A stretch of 64,000 bases of DNA from Octopus sinensis. Its lineage: Eukaryota. This document shows positions 63,831 to 64,000 of this stretch, in pieces (the first letter of the stretch is position 1; each line of letters starts with the position of its first letter). The notes under the pieces are model-generated. The model was given only the letters and a program-made list of their open reading frames with translations. It was not told the DNA's origin and searched no databases. The DNA is taken from positions 95,914,001 through 95,978,000 of the forward strand of contig NC_042999.1 in NCBI RefSeq assembly GCF_006345805.1, in the 5' to 3' direction. Made by a program: the position numbers and the translations under genes.

Positions 63831-64000
63831 TTGTCATCTCTATGAGATGCAACATCTTCAGATCTGTCTTACCCACTTCATTTGAAGTCTTCCTCAGTTT
63901 TTCTTTTCCACTGGTTCCATTCATTTTGAACATCTGGTACTGCTTTTGCCCTCCTCCATATGCACCTCATGCCCTCCTTTAGCAGTGCAGTCTTCTCTCT

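Overview
A 64-kb, very AT-rich eukaryotic window, made up of intronic/intergenic DNA, (TA)n/(CA)n/(AAT)n/(GAT)n arrays and transposon debris. The repeat repertoire resembles what I recall of octopus genomes (inference, not verified). I found no intact protein-coding gene, RNA gene or CRISPR array, and every long ORF in the track is a transposon relic or a microsatellite artefact. Recognisable content: two Penelope-like (PLE) relics (RT + GIY-YIG at 9.5-10.8 kb; GIY-YIG at 45.7-46.3 kb); RTE-type LINE pieces whose 3' UTR carries a ~61-bp VNTR; CR1/Jockey-type LINE ends; several tRNA-headed SINE families; a decayed mariner; a complete 1.18-kb Tc1 element with DD36E spacing; and several MITEs. 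A CpG-retaining domain (~33.4-40.7 kb) looks like an unmethylated promoter region and has candidate exons on either side. Most notable: a ~700-bp palindrome (11741-12440) just downstream of the PLE relic carries two inverted type-I hammerhead ribozyme motifs with self-complementary stem III. More hammerhead-like cores lie next to other fold-back or (TA)n-flanked elements, and a complex fold-back duplication sits at 43.8-44.8 kb.
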